From the IMG/VR virus record IMGVR_UViG_3300023173_000017, positions 3,199-67,198 of that record: DNA of 64,000 bases. One strand, given 5' to 3'. Below the pieces are notes generated by a model. That model had not been told where the DNA came from. It saw only the letters and a list, made by a program, of their open reading frames with translations, and searched no databases. Numbering within the stretch: the stretch's first letter is position 1; every line of letters begins with the position of its first letter. Shown one piece after another: positions 30,712-43,199 of the stretch. Origin of the DNA: a virus. Taxonomy: Duplodnaviria; Caudoviricetes. The position numbers and the translations under genes were made by a program.

Positions 30712-31845
30712 TCAGGAAGGATCTGAAGCAGCATCTGCGTAAGCAACTGCGTCAAGTTCTTCCCATGTGATGCCCAGACGGACGAATACTGTGTACTCAA
30801 TTGTGTCCTTCTTGGCCTGGTACTCACGGTTAACTGTGATATCGCGCTGGAAGCCCCATACACGGTTGCTTGGGAATGTCAAATCGACATAATCAGCAGG
30901 GTAGTAGGGAACCTCTAGAACATCGACACCAAGAACGCGAGTAACGTTAGCACCACCGAATGTCTGGCCTGCACCGTCAAGGTATGCCTGACGGTTACGC
31001 TCTGTGCCAGCAACGCGGGGATCAAATGCTGCTGCAATAGCGTCAGCAAGTGTGCCGTTGTTAGCAACGATTCCTGCGAATGCATCAGTGCCTGCGTAGA
31101 ACTTAAGATTGCTCTTAACTGCGCGGTACTTGCGTGGCATTGCGTAAATGATCTGCTGCATTACCTCTGGTGTCCAAGCGTTGTTGGAAACTGTAACGAT
31201 TGCTTCATGGGCATCGCTTCCGCTTGTAACCTGATTAACGAAACCATTCATAATTCCTAGGAATGGATCAGATCCTCCATCACCATTGATGGCAAGATCC
31301 TCAATATCGTTAGCAAATGCATTAGTCATCAAACGTACTAGGTGATCCTCAAGTGCGCCACCTTCGATATTATCCTCAAGTGACTCAGTTGAAACCTCCC
31401 AGTCAAGGCGGATCTTAGTTGTTGTAAGTTCTACCTTGGTGAATGTTGCACCAGCGTTGTCGTATGTACCGAGTGCTTGTGAAGCAGCACGAATTACACG
31501 CTCTCCAACGTTGACCTTTTCGATCTCCATTGTGTTTGCACGCATTGTAACTCTACGACCGTCATTGGCAAGAACGCTTGCGTCCCATACATAGTCAATG
31601 AATCGGTTGGCCTGCTCAGGGTTGAGTAGACCGCTAAGAGTTCCCGTAGGATTTACTGCGTTTGGTCCTGTAGTAACGCCCATGTTAGCGTTTGGGATGT
31701 TACCCAATACACCAGCAGCGGGGTCTGTTACACCACCGACACCACCAGCAGCGGTTGCGCCCTGGCCCTGGTATAGACCTGGGTTTGGATCGCCATACTT
31801 ACCTGAATCTGATGGCTGGTTCTTCTCTAGAATTTCTTCTGACAT
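30712..31845 (-). CDS. Major capsid protein (HK97 fold)
   Basis: GLLNPEQANRFIDYV...LAINGD...DTIEYTVFVR; follows protease/scaffold. Confidence 0.92.
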   Translation of the reverse strand: MSEEILEKNQPSDSGKYGDPNPGLYQGQGATAAGGVGGVTDPAAGVLGNIPNANMGVTTGPNAVNPTGTLSGLLNPEQANRFIDYVWDASVLANDGRRVTMRANTMEIEKVNVGERVIRAASQALGTYDNAGATFTKVELTTTKIRLDWEVSTESLEDNIEGGALEDHLVRLMTNAFANDIEDLAINGDGGSDPFLGIMNGFVNQVTSGSDAHEAIVTVSNNAWTPEVMQQIIYAMPRKYRAVKSNLKFYAGTDAFAGIVANNGTLADAIAAAFDPRVAGTERNRQAYLDGAGQTFGGANVTRVLGVDVLEVPYYPADYVDLTFPSNRVWGFQRDITVNREYQAKKDTIEYTVFVRLGITWEELDAVAYADAASDPS

Positions 31846-31866
31846 TTACTTTCACCTCCTGTTTTC

Positions 31867-33165
31867 TTAGTTAAATAGGTCGGACTTTGTGAGGAAACGA
31901 CCGCCCCATAGAGATTTTTGAACCTTTGTGGGTTCTTCCTGAACGATCTCTCCGAGATCGCCAGACTTACGGAAAGCGGTATCGTTTTCCACTGCGTCTA
32001 CACGCTTTCCAAACTCTTCGTTGATACCCTTTACTTCTTTGACCTCCTGGCTAACACTAGCAACTTCCTGTGATACACCAGTAATTGTTTTATGAAGCCC
32101 CTCTACCTTTTCGTTTAGAGCCTTCATGGTCTCAGCAAGAGTCTCTACGGCTGAAGTTACAGTATCAGCAACAGTCTTGAGAACTTCTGTCTCGTTAATT
32201 GTTTCATCTGACTTCTCAACACTTTCAGTCTTTGAAGCCTCCTCAGACTTCTCAACTGACTCTTCTGCTACCTCTTCTGTCTTTTCGACAGCCTCTGTAT
32301 CCTCAGAAGTTGTTTCCTCTTCTGCCTTAGCAACAGCCTCATCCTCCTCTACAGGGGTTTCCACTGCCTTATCAACTTCTTCAACTGTCTCTACGATCTC
32401 TGTCTCAGAAGTTTCAATGTTTTCATCTGCCATCTTGCTTACCTCCTTTTCATCATTTTTTATTCTGTTTAGAATTGTCTTGACTATATCTGCCTTCTCT
32501 GCATCATTGGACTCAACAAACCCTATGTTTTGCATACCTTTGTCGCAGCGTGGGCAGTCGGAAGAGCCTTCGGCAGAAAGTTGAACAAGGTCATCAGTGC
32601 TGCACCAGTAGACGTTCTCAATTGATGCCTTAGCAAGATAACCACCTTGACTATTTTTCTCAACGCTAATAACATTTGCATATTGATTAGCAGGGTTATC
32701 AACAAGAGAAAGTTCATATAGGTCATAGTCTTTAATTACACGAATGGACTTATCCATATCTTCGCTATATACATCTTCTGCATCTTTGATGTTGCCACCA
32801 ATAGAAAATCCAGTTAGTGTTCCATCAAGAACCTTTTCCCAGGTATCTTGAGCACCTTTGCTGACGTATGCAGAAACATATACTCCGTTATAAAACTTTT
32901 TTGATTCAGAATCAAAGTACTTGTCTTCTTTAAAAGATACAACCTTGCCTACGGCAATTTGCTGATGCATCTCCCTAAGATTACCGCGAAATGTTTTAAA
33001 AGCCTTGAGAGATGCCTCTGAGGGAACAATGTCTCCTTGTTTGTCCACATTATCAAGCGTGGCAAAACCAGATACTATTCTTCTCTCTTTGTCCACCTTG
33101 GCAATCGGCATTGAAAGTTTAATGTCGTTGCCTTCGCTAGACCAGTGAGCCTTAGACATATTCAT
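31867..33165 (-). CDS. Prohead protease fused to acidic scaffold
   Basis: REMHQ, TGFSIGG, ELSLVDNPAN; Glu-rich coiled-coil C-terminus. Confidence 0.9.
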   Translation of the reverse strand: MNMSKAHWSSEGNDIKLSMPIAKVDKERRIVSGFATLDNVDKQGDIVPSEASLKAFKTFRGNLREMHQQIAVGKVVSFKEDKYFDSESKKFYNGVYVSAYVSKGAQDTWEKVLDGTLTGFSIGGNIKDAEDVYSEDMDKSIRVIKDYDLYELSLVDNPANQYANVISVEKNSQGGYLAKASIENVYWCSTDDLVQLSAEGSSDCPRCDKGMQNIGFVESNDAEKADIVKTILNRIKNDEKEVSKMADENIETSETEIVETVEEVDKAVETPVEEDEAVAKAEEETTSEDTEAVEKTEEVAEESVEKSEEASKTESVEKSDETINETEVLKTVADTVTSAVETLAETMKALNEKVEGLHKTITGVSQEVASVSQEVKEVKGINEEFGKRVDAVENDTAFRKSGDLGEIVQEEPTKVQKSLWGGRFLTKSDLFN

Positions 33166-33214
33166 ACTATCCTAATTATATCAAATGTTTTTATAGTTTT
33201 TTATCAAATTGTTA

Positions 33215-34843
33215 CTATTGAGTTCTTCTTCCCTCACCCTGAGGGTTTCTTCCTGTGGTAGTGGCAACACTGTCAGAATTGTTGTTCATTCTTTCAGAGT
33301 CTCTTTCACGATTTTGCATATTGTTTGCTCTAGCATCTGCTGCTTGACGGGCACCAAGGACTAGAGGCTCTTCTCCGCTAGGAATTTGTGGAAGATCAAT
33401 CTGTGATCTTGCCTCATTTGGCAACATAATCTGATTCTTAACATAGCGTTCAAGAATCTGAGACTTTGCTACTTCGTCAGTAAGAGTAAGTTCATTAAAC
33501 TTAAGTTCTATTATATCGGTAAATTCTTGTATTACCTTGCCTACAATTTTTTCTATGTGTCTTTGTGCTGGTCTTGCTACCTGCTCCTTGAATGTTCGAT
33601 CATTTGCAAGTGCCGCTGCCAGAGATCCTGATGTACTTCCCAACTTGGAAAGTGGAACTTGGTGTGCCATAAGAATATCATCGCGGTTTTGCGTCCTGTA
33701 TTTTTCAAATGATGCTTCTTGAACACCATTCTCAATCGGATGCATTTCAAAATCAATTTTGTTTCCATCTGAGTCAGTGGGTAGAGGAACATATAGCGTC
33801 CTGTGATTTTGTCCCTTTAGTCCCGTTTGAAGGAATCTAAACAATCTATCTTGTGAATCTCCACTGAGTTGTGCTCCCTTTGTAACCACGATATAGCGAG
33901 GGACTGCTTTATTCTCAAAATAATCAATGTTGTATTGTGCAGCCATCTGATCACCGCGTAATGCAGTATAGGCTGAAATAATGTCTGGAACTCCGTAAAA
34001 TGTATTTAGTGGAGAGTAAGCCTTGAAGTGAATTACTTCATTTGGCCTATTATCGTTAGTTACTGGATTAGGATTAGTAGCACCATAATTTCTAAAGTAA
34101 ACTACCTTACCCCCAATAATTTGAATAAATCCATCACGAATTCGACGGACGCGCATTGTTGTAGATGGAATGTGACCTATATATCCAATTTCTCCATTTA
34201 CCTTGCGACCAATCTCCATGTATCCGTTTCCAGTGGCTTCAACATCTGTCTGTATTTTCTCCATTATGTTGATAAAACTATCTTCATCATTAAGGCTTTC
34301 TAGCCAATCCCTTGTTTGAACCTTTAATCTTTCTATTCTTTTTCTTGCCCTGTCAGACTTTCCCTTATCTTCTTCGTCCTCAAGTCTCATCTTTACAGGA
34401 TTTGTTATTTCAAACATATACCCAAGACCGACGATGTTTTCTACTTTTGCATCAATACAGGCGTGGTTGGCAAAATTAGTGTCGTAAAAATTTGCAAGTT
34501 CGTATAGATTATATGGTGGGGTAATAACATCAAAAATTCCATAACCATTTCTCCAGACCTCGCCAGGATTTATTTGCTTTGACCCAGTATCTTCTTGACC
34601 TACTGGACGGGTTCCTGCTGATTCAGCATATGAGGTAGCAATTTCTCCACGATTATTTCTTGGAACGTCATAAGCCTTTTCCATCTTATTTTCATTGCGA
34701 GTAGTTCTACGCTTAAAGTTAGTGTCTATTCCGATAAAAGCCTTAAGATCTTCCCAGGACTTAGAAAATGGATCTGCCTCTTTAAACTCATTGTTTGTCT
34801 CAATTGGATCGTCTGCAAAAACCTCTGCTCTATATTGTGTCAT
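33215..34843 (-). CDS. Portal protein
   Basis: ATGNGYMEIGR, EVIHFK, YGVPDI, RDDILMAHQVP. Confidence 0.92.
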   Translation of the reverse strand: MTQYRAEVFADDPIETNNEFKEADPFSKSWEDLKAFIGIDTNFKRRTTRNENKMEKAYDVPRNNRGEIATSYAESAGTRPVGQEDTGSKQINPGEVWRNGYGIFDVITPPYNLYELANFYDTNFANHACIDAKVENIVGLGYMFEITNPVKMRLEDEEDKGKSDRARKRIERLKVQTRDWLESLNDEDSFINIMEKIQTDVEATGNGYMEIGRKVNGEIGYIGHIPSTTMRVRRIRDGFIQIIGGKVVYFRNYGATNPNPVTNDNRPNEVIHFKAYSPLNTFYGVPDIISAYTALRGDQMAAQYNIDYFENKAVPRYIVVTKGAQLSGDSQDRLFRFLQTGLKGQNHRTLYVPLPTDSDGNKIDFEMHPIENGVQEASFEKYRTQNRDDILMAHQVPLSKLGSTSGSLAAALANDRTFKEQVARPAQRHIEKIVGKVIQEFTDIIELKFNELTLTDEVAKSQILERYVKNQIMLPNEARSQIDLPQIPSGEEPLVLGARQAADARANNMQNRERDSERMNNNSDSVATTTGRNPQGEGRRTQ

Positions 34844-35211
34844 TATTCGCCATTCCCATGCTGCTTAATACCCTGCTGCGCTGCATGAACTGCTCCAAGA
34901 TCATTTAGATTGGGGATAAGGCCCTCTTTAAGTCTTTGCCTTTGTTCCTCGTATTGTTCATCTGTTGCTCTTCTTACTCCAGCATAAAACCATGCCTCCC
35001 CCTCTGGCTGACCGTAGTGTGCGGCGGCTTTTCTAATTTCTGCTATTTTTGACAAATCACCGCGCATTGAAGGTATGTTCAGCATGTTTCCGTCTTGATC
35101 TTTAAATAGGTGACCACTAGGAAGTCTCCAAAAATATAGACCCCAGTCATACATTTTAGGGATAAAGGTGGCCTTTGATTTACTGATTTCTGCCTTTTTA
35201 GTGTTGCTCAT
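34843..35211 (-). CDS. Hypothetical protein upstream of portal
   Basis: Leaderless-geometry TGGTATAAT 7 nt before ATG; coupled to portal. Confidence 0.75.
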   Translation of the reverse strand: MSNTKKAEISKSKATFIPKMYDWGLYFWRLPSGHLFKDQDGNMLNIPSMRGDLSKIAEIRKAAAHYGQPEGEAWFYAGVRRATDEQYEEQRQRLKEGLIPNLNDLGAVHAAQQGIKQHGNGE

Positions 35212-35229
35212 GGTATTAATTATACCAGA

Positions 35230-38200
35230 TTATGCTGGTATTGCTTCAAACCTGGACAATGAAGCGTCAGAAATTATCTTTATTAAATCTGAGTCCAAAA
35301 CTACTGAGGATTCATCGTTTATAACAAAACCACTGTTTCCAGTAAAGGCATTAAACAAGTCTTTAGACCCAACGGAGAACACTATTTTTTCACTCTCAAC
35401 ATATACATTTGCCCACAGCCTTATCTCATCTTCTGTTGGTATAAAGTACACAGCAGTAGAAGTTGAATTATTTTCTGCCCCATCCCAACCAAAACTTTGG
35501 AATAGGTTGCCTCCCGCTGAATCAGTGCCATCAAAATATCTTCTTAACTTGGGGAATTCGTTTGTAGTCTTTTCTATTAAAACAGCATCTATATAGAAAA
35601 CCTCACCAGCGGAATTTGAACCCTCTTGAACTATGTCAATTCCTAGCATTGTTGTTTCTTGCTCTAGGGTTACTGTGTGCGAAACTCTAAGCCACCCTGC
35701 TCCAGACGCTATTGGTGTTTCTATTCCTTCGCTTGTTGCTAGGGGCAACAGAGGTGATGAAACTCCCCCATCTATAGAGTCCTCAAACGATGATAAGGAA
35801 GATCCTCCGTCGATTGAGTCTGAAAAAATATTTGTTTCTGCATTTCCTCCATCAATCCCAGTATATTCTTTTACCACTATCTTTATATTTTTGTCACTAC
35901 TCTCTTCTGGAACGTATATGTATGCACTCACAGTATATTCATTTTCTGGAAGGACGTTCATCTTTATATTTTGTTCAGTTGCAAAAGTTGCACCAGAGTA
36001 GTTTTGAGACGAGGTTATGCATTTAAGTGAATAATTGCTAAAGAGACTTTGATCAGAACTTCTAGAAACTATCGTTCCTGGTTCTACTGGACCCCACCCA
36101 TAATCACTTTCTTCTATATTGGGGTTGTAACAAATGTTTGTCCTAACTTTTGTTTTTGTTCCATCTTCAACATACCAAGATGCCCAAGTTAAGTTGTCTA
36201 TGTCGTCTACTGACAGGACTCTTCTCCACCTCCTTTTTACTGTTTCAGCAGTTCTTCCCATGCCCTCTGACTTAAAGTGGCAAACATTGTCTACAGTAAA
36301 GCCTCTAAAAAAGTTTATATATCCAGCATATCCAGAGAATATCAGTTCTTCGTCAAAAGTTATTCCTATAGAGTTCCACTCATCATACTTAATAAACGGG
36401 CTTCTTACCCTAATTCCATTTTGATAAAAAACTACTCCTGGCTCTAACTGTCTTGTTTTTTTATCTCTTGCAGCAATCATTGCTCTTTGTCCAGATGCAT
36501 CAACCTTCATTATAAATTCTATGGTTTTGTCTTTAGAGTCAACTTCAAATACTGGATATGCGACCTGAGGAATTACTGTTTTATCATATTTCATAAACAT
36601 TTGTATGGCATGAACTCTGTAATTTTCATTTTCTTTTTCGTTAATTGGAACAGCAACACCATACTCTTTTTCTTTTGTATGGTTTCCCCGAATAGAAAGA
36701 CCTGAATCTTCGGTCAAATATAAGTATGGAGATCTTTTTTTAGAAATTGCAACTGGATTTTTTGCTTTATTTTCATAGTATATTCCGTCTTTAACATATG
36801 TGTAGAATGGAGATCCGCTTTCTGCACCTACCTCGTTGAATCTATTATGGTTTAATGCTTTAGAAACAATTTCGAAATCTCTAATAATTAGAGGGTTGCT
36901 TAAAATTCCTTCATGCTTTATTGAAAAATTAAAAACTATTGCAACTTTATTAAAATCAAAATATGATGGGGGGAAAACCACTGTTTTATCAACAAACTCA
37001 AACCTTGTCAAATAAGGTCTTTTTTCATCAAACAACGATGCTTCTTTATCTGCGTCAATATATCTAGACTCAGTTATTTCTCTAAAGTACGGGAAATTAG
37101 ATATTGGTTCGTTCGCCCCTTCTGATAAAAGTTGAAATGTTAGAAAAGATCTAAGGCTTGATTGTGATGTATTTAAAAATCTTTCTATCTCATTTTTAGT
37201 TTTTAGTTCTTCATACGTCCCATACCCGCTGATTAATGGGTTGTCTAATATGTAGTATGGCTTCAGGGAGGACTGAGAAAAATCTTTTTCAAGATCTACA
37301 TATGACCACCTAAGATTTTTTATTACCTTTTCTACTGCATCATTAACTGTTGGGTATCCAATATTTATCTGAAGAAAATCTAGATCATAGTAAGTTTCTC
37401 CATCGTTATTTTGAACGTATCCTCCAAAAAAGGAAAGTGGAATATATTCTTCCCATGAGGAGGACACTGATATATCCATAAAGAATTTGTTGAATCTAAC
37501 TAATGGAGAAAGCGTATAGGTGGCAAAGTGATTTGACATAATATTGTATTCTGTATAGTCCAATACTCCATTGTCTAAAAAGTAGGGTTCTATTTCAGCA
37601 CTATTCTTTTTATTAGACAATCCTATTGAGTGTATCTTTCCCTCAAAAGTGTTTATTTTGTTTCCTGCAAAATATACTTGTAAAGTATTGATAGAACTAA
37701 AAAACTTTTTTAATCTGTATTCTGACGACTGCAACAGTTTTTCTATATTTATTCCAACAGCAAATGAATATTCCCATAGCATTCTGCTGTATGAATAGTA
37801 TCCGAAATAGTCATAGGAATATCCATAATAGTTGTCGTATCCATACTCTGAGTAACTGTTCCAAGAGTAATTATCCTGATCTGAGTATCCTGGATAAAAA
37901 CTATACCCTCCATCATCAAAGGAACTTGTGGCAAATGTTTCTGTGTATATAGTTTCATCATTAAAATCATAATATATGGTTCCATTGTTTATGTGTACAT
38001 GAAACTTATCTGAATTTATAGAGTTTGTTATAAGAATAAGGGTGGACTGCTGCTCTACCTTAGTTGTTGAAAACACTCCATAAATAGAGGAGAGAGAGTC
38101 TACTATTCCCAAGGAATCAAAATATATGTACCCTGGCTCTGTCCATTTTAATCCGTCTAGCGAGAACTGATTGTTTTCATCAACATTGGGTCTAAAAGTA

Positions 38201-39735
38201 AAAAATTTATCTCCCTGCAATTCATTGACTATTTTATTATCTGCATAAAGATCTTCAACATTTCTTCCACCTATATATATATTTGGTAGAGAGTATTCTG
38301 GCATAGATATAAAAGACTTTGTGCTGTTTAAATTATCTGAGTATCCAGCGTCCCAGTTGGATGTATCTGGATATATTTTATTTGCAGTATAATTTGCATT
38401 AGAGTAGTTTACATATGCACTCTTTCCCTCAAACGCATCTGCTACTGATTGTGGAGACTCAGTTGCTTGCCCCAGAGCAAATCTTCTTTTTGCTACTGGA
38501 ATGGGCACTATATAGGGGTATATAGATACACAGTCAATGGTGAATGTATCTATGTCGGAATATGTAAAAAATCCAATCCAATTTTTAATTGAAGAAAATT
38601 GAAATTCATCTTTTATGTAGGATACAGAGGCTACCTGCTCTCCATTTATTATCAATGTAGCCTCACCACTTGAAATTGTTAGATGACAAATCATTGGCCT
38701 ATACCACTCTGAAACTGGATGAGAAGAATAGTTATCTCCTATTTTCAAGGATATAAAGGCATTATTTATATATATTCCGTCATCTGTGTCTATGGGACCA
38801 AATATTCTTTTTGTTAAAAAAGTTTTAGGATGTATGTTCATCCAAAATTCTACTGTGTAGTCGTTATATTTACCTGAAGAATGAAGAAATCCCTTGCCTG
38901 GGAAGATTATTGATGGAAGAGATTCATCTTTAGATGGATAAAGTCTAGTGCAAGAAGTGGAGCCAAAAACTAGAGGTATGCCTTCGTTTTTTGCAAGTAT
39001 TTTATTATCTTCAACTATGTAGGAGCCTGACTGTTCTTGTATTCCATATTCAAGTGCTGGTATTGAGGTATACCCTAAAGAGTCTATAACTGTTTTGTTT
39101 CCTAAAAACTCTGTGTGAGATGTTTCAGACCATTGTCCTACCGCCAACCCATTCATAATAAATCTATAGTCTTGCTCTGCTCCACCAGGATCTACGTTTA
39201 TTCTAATGAATATTCTCATCCTATCGCTATCATATTCTGTTGGAAGAAAAGAAAAATCAAAATTAGTCCAGAATCTTCCTTCTTCTCCAGTAACCCTTGT
39301 TGTAACTTCTACGTCTTGACCCAAAGCATTGTTGTAATACTTATACCCCACCTCATACCAGTTTACAAAAAAAGAATTTTGAAATAAATGAAAACTTATG
39401 GAAAATGTTGCAAGATCTTTATTTAATGAATCAAATCTAAATGTACCTGGACTCTCTATCTCAATATTTGTTCCTGCTACAGATATTCCAGATGCTTCAA
39501 TTTGAGTATAATTATCATCCCCAATAAAGGTGGAGGCTTCTAAGGGTAGTGTAGGAGAATCATTAAAAACAACAGAAGCAGAGTTATCTGCTGATGCTGA
39601 CCACCCACCCGAACCAAAAAGTCTAATGTCATCAGATATTAAAGATATGTATTTAACATTATCGTCCAGCGGGTACACACTGATTGGTTGCTCAGAAAAT
39701 ATGCTAGTCGCATATAAGTTTGATGGATTAGTCAT
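35230..39735 (-). CDS. Large virion protein with LamG/concanavalin-like and carbohydrate-binding-like modules
   Basis: YTVEFWMNI...MICHLTI...LIINGEQV (LamG-like); late RTNICYNPNIE...YIDAVLIE...YFDG module. Confidence 0.65.
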   Translation of the reverse strand: MTNPSNLYATSIFSEQPISVYPLDDNVKYISLISDDIRLFGSGGWSASADNSASVVFNDSPTLPLEASTFIGDDNYTQIEASGISVAGTNIEIESPGTFRFDSLNKDLATFSISFHLFQNSFFVNWYEVGYKYYNNALGQDVEVTTRVTGEEGRFWTNFDFSFLPTEYDSDRMRIFIRINVDPGGAEQDYRFIMNGLAVGQWSETSHTEFLGNKTVIDSLGYTSIPALEYGIQEQSGSYIVEDNKILAKNEGIPLVFGSTSCTRLYPSKDESLPSIIFPGKGFLHSSGKYNDYTVEFWMNIHPKTFLTKRIFGPIDTDDGIYINNAFISLKIGDNYSSHPVSEWYRPMICHLTISSGEATLIINGEQVASVSYIKDEFQFSSIKNWIGFFTYSDIDTFTIDCVSIYPYIVPIPVAKRRFALGQATESPQSVADAFEGKSAYVNYSNANYTANKIYPDTSNWDAGYSDNLNSTKSFISMPEYSLPNIYIGGRNVEDLYADNKIVNELQGDKFFTFRPNVDENNQFSLDGLKWTEPGYIYFDSLGIVDSLSSIYGVFSTTKVEQQSTLILITNSINSDKFHVHINNGTIYYDFNDETIYTETFATSSFDDGGYSFYPGYSDQDNYSWNSYSEYGYDNYYGYSYDYFGYYSYSRMLWEYSFAVGINIEKLLQSSEYRLKKFFSSINTLQVYFAGNKINTFEGKIHSIGLSNKKNSAEIEPYFLDNGVLDYTEYNIMSNHFATYTLSPLVRFNKFFMDISVSSSWEEYIPLSFFGGYVQNNDGETYYDLDFLQINIGYPTVNDAVEKVIKNLRWSYVDLEKDFSQSSLKPYYILDNPLISGYGTYEELKTKNEIERFLNTSQSSLRSFLTFQLLSEGANEPISNFPYFREITESRYIDADKEASLFDEKRPYLTRFEFVDKTVVFPPSYFDFNKVAIVFNFSIKHEGILSNPLIIRDFEIVSKALNHNRFNEVGAESGSPFYTYVKDGIYYENKAKNPVAISKKRSPYLYLTEDSGLSIRGNHTKEKEYGVAVPINEKENENYRVHAIQMFMKYDKTVIPQVAYPVFEVDSKDKTIEFIMKVDASGQRAMIAARDKKTRQLEPGVVFYQNGIRVRSPFIKYDEWNSIGITFDEELIFSGYAGYINFFRGFTVDNVCHFKSEGMGRTAETVKRRWRRVLSVDDIDNLTWASWYVEDGTKTKVRTNICYNPNIEESDYGWGPVEPGTIVSRSSDQSLFSNYSLKCITSSQNYSGATFATEQNIKMNVLPENEYTVSAYIYVPEESSDKNIKIVVKEYTGIDGGNAETNIFSDSIDGGSSLSSFEDSIDGGVSSPLLPLATSEGIETPIASGAGWLRVSHTVTLEQETTMLGIDIVQEGSNSAGEVFYIDAVLIEKTTNEFPKLRRYFDGTDSAGGNLFQSFGWDGAENNSTSTAVYFIPTEDEIRLWANVYVESEKIVFSVGSKDLFNAFTGNSGFVINDESSVVLDSDLIKIISDASLSRFEAIPA

Positions 39736-39769
39736 CTGTTTACCTCTAAACTATTATACCAAAATAGAA

Positions 39770-39800
39770 GGGAGGGTAGGACTCATACACCTACCCTCCC
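39770..39800 (-). terminator. Intrinsic terminator after nrdJ
   Basis: GGGAGGGTAGG/CCTACCCTCCC 11-bp stem then TTCTATTTT. Confidence 0.8.
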
Positions 39801-39813
39801 AAAACCGACCTAT

Positions 39814-41769
39814 TTAGGCGGTTATAGCAGAGGTGGAAATGTCTACAATATCACAAGCACCTGCCGTACAAGACAACTCCTGGCTTCCCGTAGTTCCGTC
39901 CTCTGTCTCATACAATGTTAGCATATTCCAGTCAATTCTAGAAGGCATCTTTTTTAGCCACGCTTGATATTCTTCTTTAGTTATTTCCTGATATGGTGCT
40001 TGCTTATAGGTATGCTCTGATGCTGGTAGGAATGATACTCCACCAATATGATCAAAATTGTCAAATACCCAAGAACCTACCCCAAGCCATTCATCTTCAT
40101 GAACATTAACTGTTACTGATGGATTATGCTCTGTCCAATGTTCACGATATGTCTTCCAGATTTCAAGGTGATCAATAGCAGAAAGATCTTTCGTTAATAC
40201 AGCGTTTTTTGGAGCCTTGATGGGGAAATAGAAAACCGTTGTGTCGTTTGGCTTCATTACATCTGGCTCATTAGGAACACCACTTTCCTTTAGGAATACG
40301 GTTAGCGGATCTTTGTTGTCTCCGCGAACAGATCGGATATAGTATTCTGAATACCAAGGGTGGATGCCGCTTGATACTCCAGTTAACTGAGAAACAGTTC
40401 CAGATGGCTTTACACAAGTAATAGATGCAGATGGGTTAATTCCCAAACTTTCTGCCTCCTTTGCATTTACCATAACCGCTTCTTCACGAAGGGTGTCAAG
40501 AATTCCAGCCAACTTTTCACCGTTGGTAGCAGTAATCTTGTTTCCAAAGATTCCTGTGAGGGAGACACCAAGAAGCCTTTCCTCTTCACAATTATGTCTC
40601 CAGGACTTACGAATGTATTTAAAGTTTGTCAAAGTTGACTGCCAGGTTCCAAGGATTGTTGCTAGTCTAACCTTTTCTGAGAGATCTTCAACTGTATCAC
40701 TTGCATCAATAACTACCTCTGTAAGGTTGCAAAATTCATTTGGTCGCAGAAGAATCTCTCCACATGGATTTGTTCCCATTACCTTGCTTGAATCGCGGCG
40801 ACCGAATTTATCAATATGTCCTCTAACTGATTCCATATTATATATTCCTCGTTCTCCAGACTTTGATTCGTACAGATTTCTCCATTCTCTAAGGAATTGT
40901 GCAGTATTTGGCTTAGAATTATAAACGGCAGAGTTGTTGGCAAGTGCTCTCTGAGGATCTGACTCCCACCAATTACCACTCTTTGCCTTTGCCATTTCAA
41001 AGTCATCTAGATTGGACAAAGAAATAAGGGCTGAACGACGAACGCCTCCAACCACCACTACCTCTCCAATCTTACACATAATGTCGTGTGCCTCAATTGG
41101 CTTCAACCTGCGTCCTGCTGACTTCCTAAAAACATCTGCTGTAAATTGAAACAAAGCATGTAATGGCTCTGGTCCTGATGCACGACCACCAAAAGTCTTT
41201 AGTCTTGCTCCCGCTGGACGAACCTTTGAAGTGTCCCAATTTGGCACCTGTCCTGTAACAAGAAGCCCGACAAGTTCTTTATATGCTTTTGCCCACCCCA
41301 ACTTAGAATCCTCAACAACTATGGTTGTTTCTGTGTTAAAAAAATCTTCTGAGATAGTTGGCAACGAATCTATGTACTTTTGCTCAACGCTAAATCCTAC
41401 CCCAGTACCGTTCATTAAAATATACATGGCCTCGTCAAAAGACCTAAGACTATCAACGGCAATAAAAGAACAATTGTATGCTGCAATATTGTCTCTCTCT
41501 AACGCTGCCCCCGCTGTCATCAGGGCACGCATAGATGGCATTATCTTGTGGTTAATAATTGCATCTTTTACCTGAGAAAAGACTATATCGTTTTCATCGT
41601 ATTGGTAATTTTCTACAACATGATTCTTAATAAACTTTATGTATCTTTCAACTGTTTCTCCCCATGTCTCTCTTCTACCTTCTTCTTGAACCCACCTAGC
41701 ATACCTACTAATATGAATAAAATTTCTATAAGGATCAACAATTGATCCCTTTTCGTCAACTAATGACAT
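39814..41769 (-). CDS. nrdJ: Class II (adenosylcobalamin-dependent) ribonucleotide reductase
   Basis: TNPCGE, CNLTEV, TCVKPSGTVSQL, C-terminal CTAGAC; no nrdB in window. Confidence 0.92.
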   Translation of the reverse strand: MSLVDEKGSIVDPYRNFIHISRYARWVQEEGRRETWGETVERYIKFIKNHVVENYQYDENDIVFSQVKDAIINHKIMPSMRALMTAGAALERDNIAAYNCSFIAVDSLRSFDEAMYILMNGTGVGFSVEQKYIDSLPTISEDFFNTETTIVVEDSKLGWAKAYKELVGLLVTGQVPNWDTSKVRPAGARLKTFGGRASGPEPLHALFQFTADVFRKSAGRRLKPIEAHDIMCKIGEVVVVGGVRRSALISLSNLDDFEMAKAKSGNWWESDPQRALANNSAVYNSKPNTAQFLREWRNLYESKSGERGIYNMESVRGHIDKFGRRDSSKVMGTNPCGEILLRPNEFCNLTEVVIDASDTVEDLSEKVRLATILGTWQSTLTNFKYIRKSWRHNCEEERLLGVSLTGIFGNKITATNGEKLAGILDTLREEAVMVNAKEAESLGINPSASITCVKPSGTVSQLTGVSSGIHPWYSEYYIRSVRGDNKDPLTVFLKESGVPNEPDVMKPNDTTVFYFPIKAPKNAVLTKDLSAIDHLEIWKTYREHWTEHNPSVTVNVHEDEWLGVGSWVFDNFDHIGGVSFLPASEHTYKQAPYQEITKEEYQAWLKKMPSRIDWNMLTLYETEDGTTGSQELSCTAGACDIVDISTSAITA

Positions 41770-41864
41770 ATGGCAATCTCCTAGAATTTGAATTTTGTAT
41801 AAGTAAAAATTATATCACTGCTATGACTATGTTATCAATATAAAAGATAACATTGTTATAAAGT

Positions 41865-43191
<1,327 letters not shown>

Positions 43192-43199
<8 letters not shown>

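Noticed and set aside
1904-41769. Inteins or introns in dnaE, dnaB, recA, nrdJ, portal
   Set aside because: Lengths are normal and motifs contiguous; no intein or LAGLIDADG signatures seen
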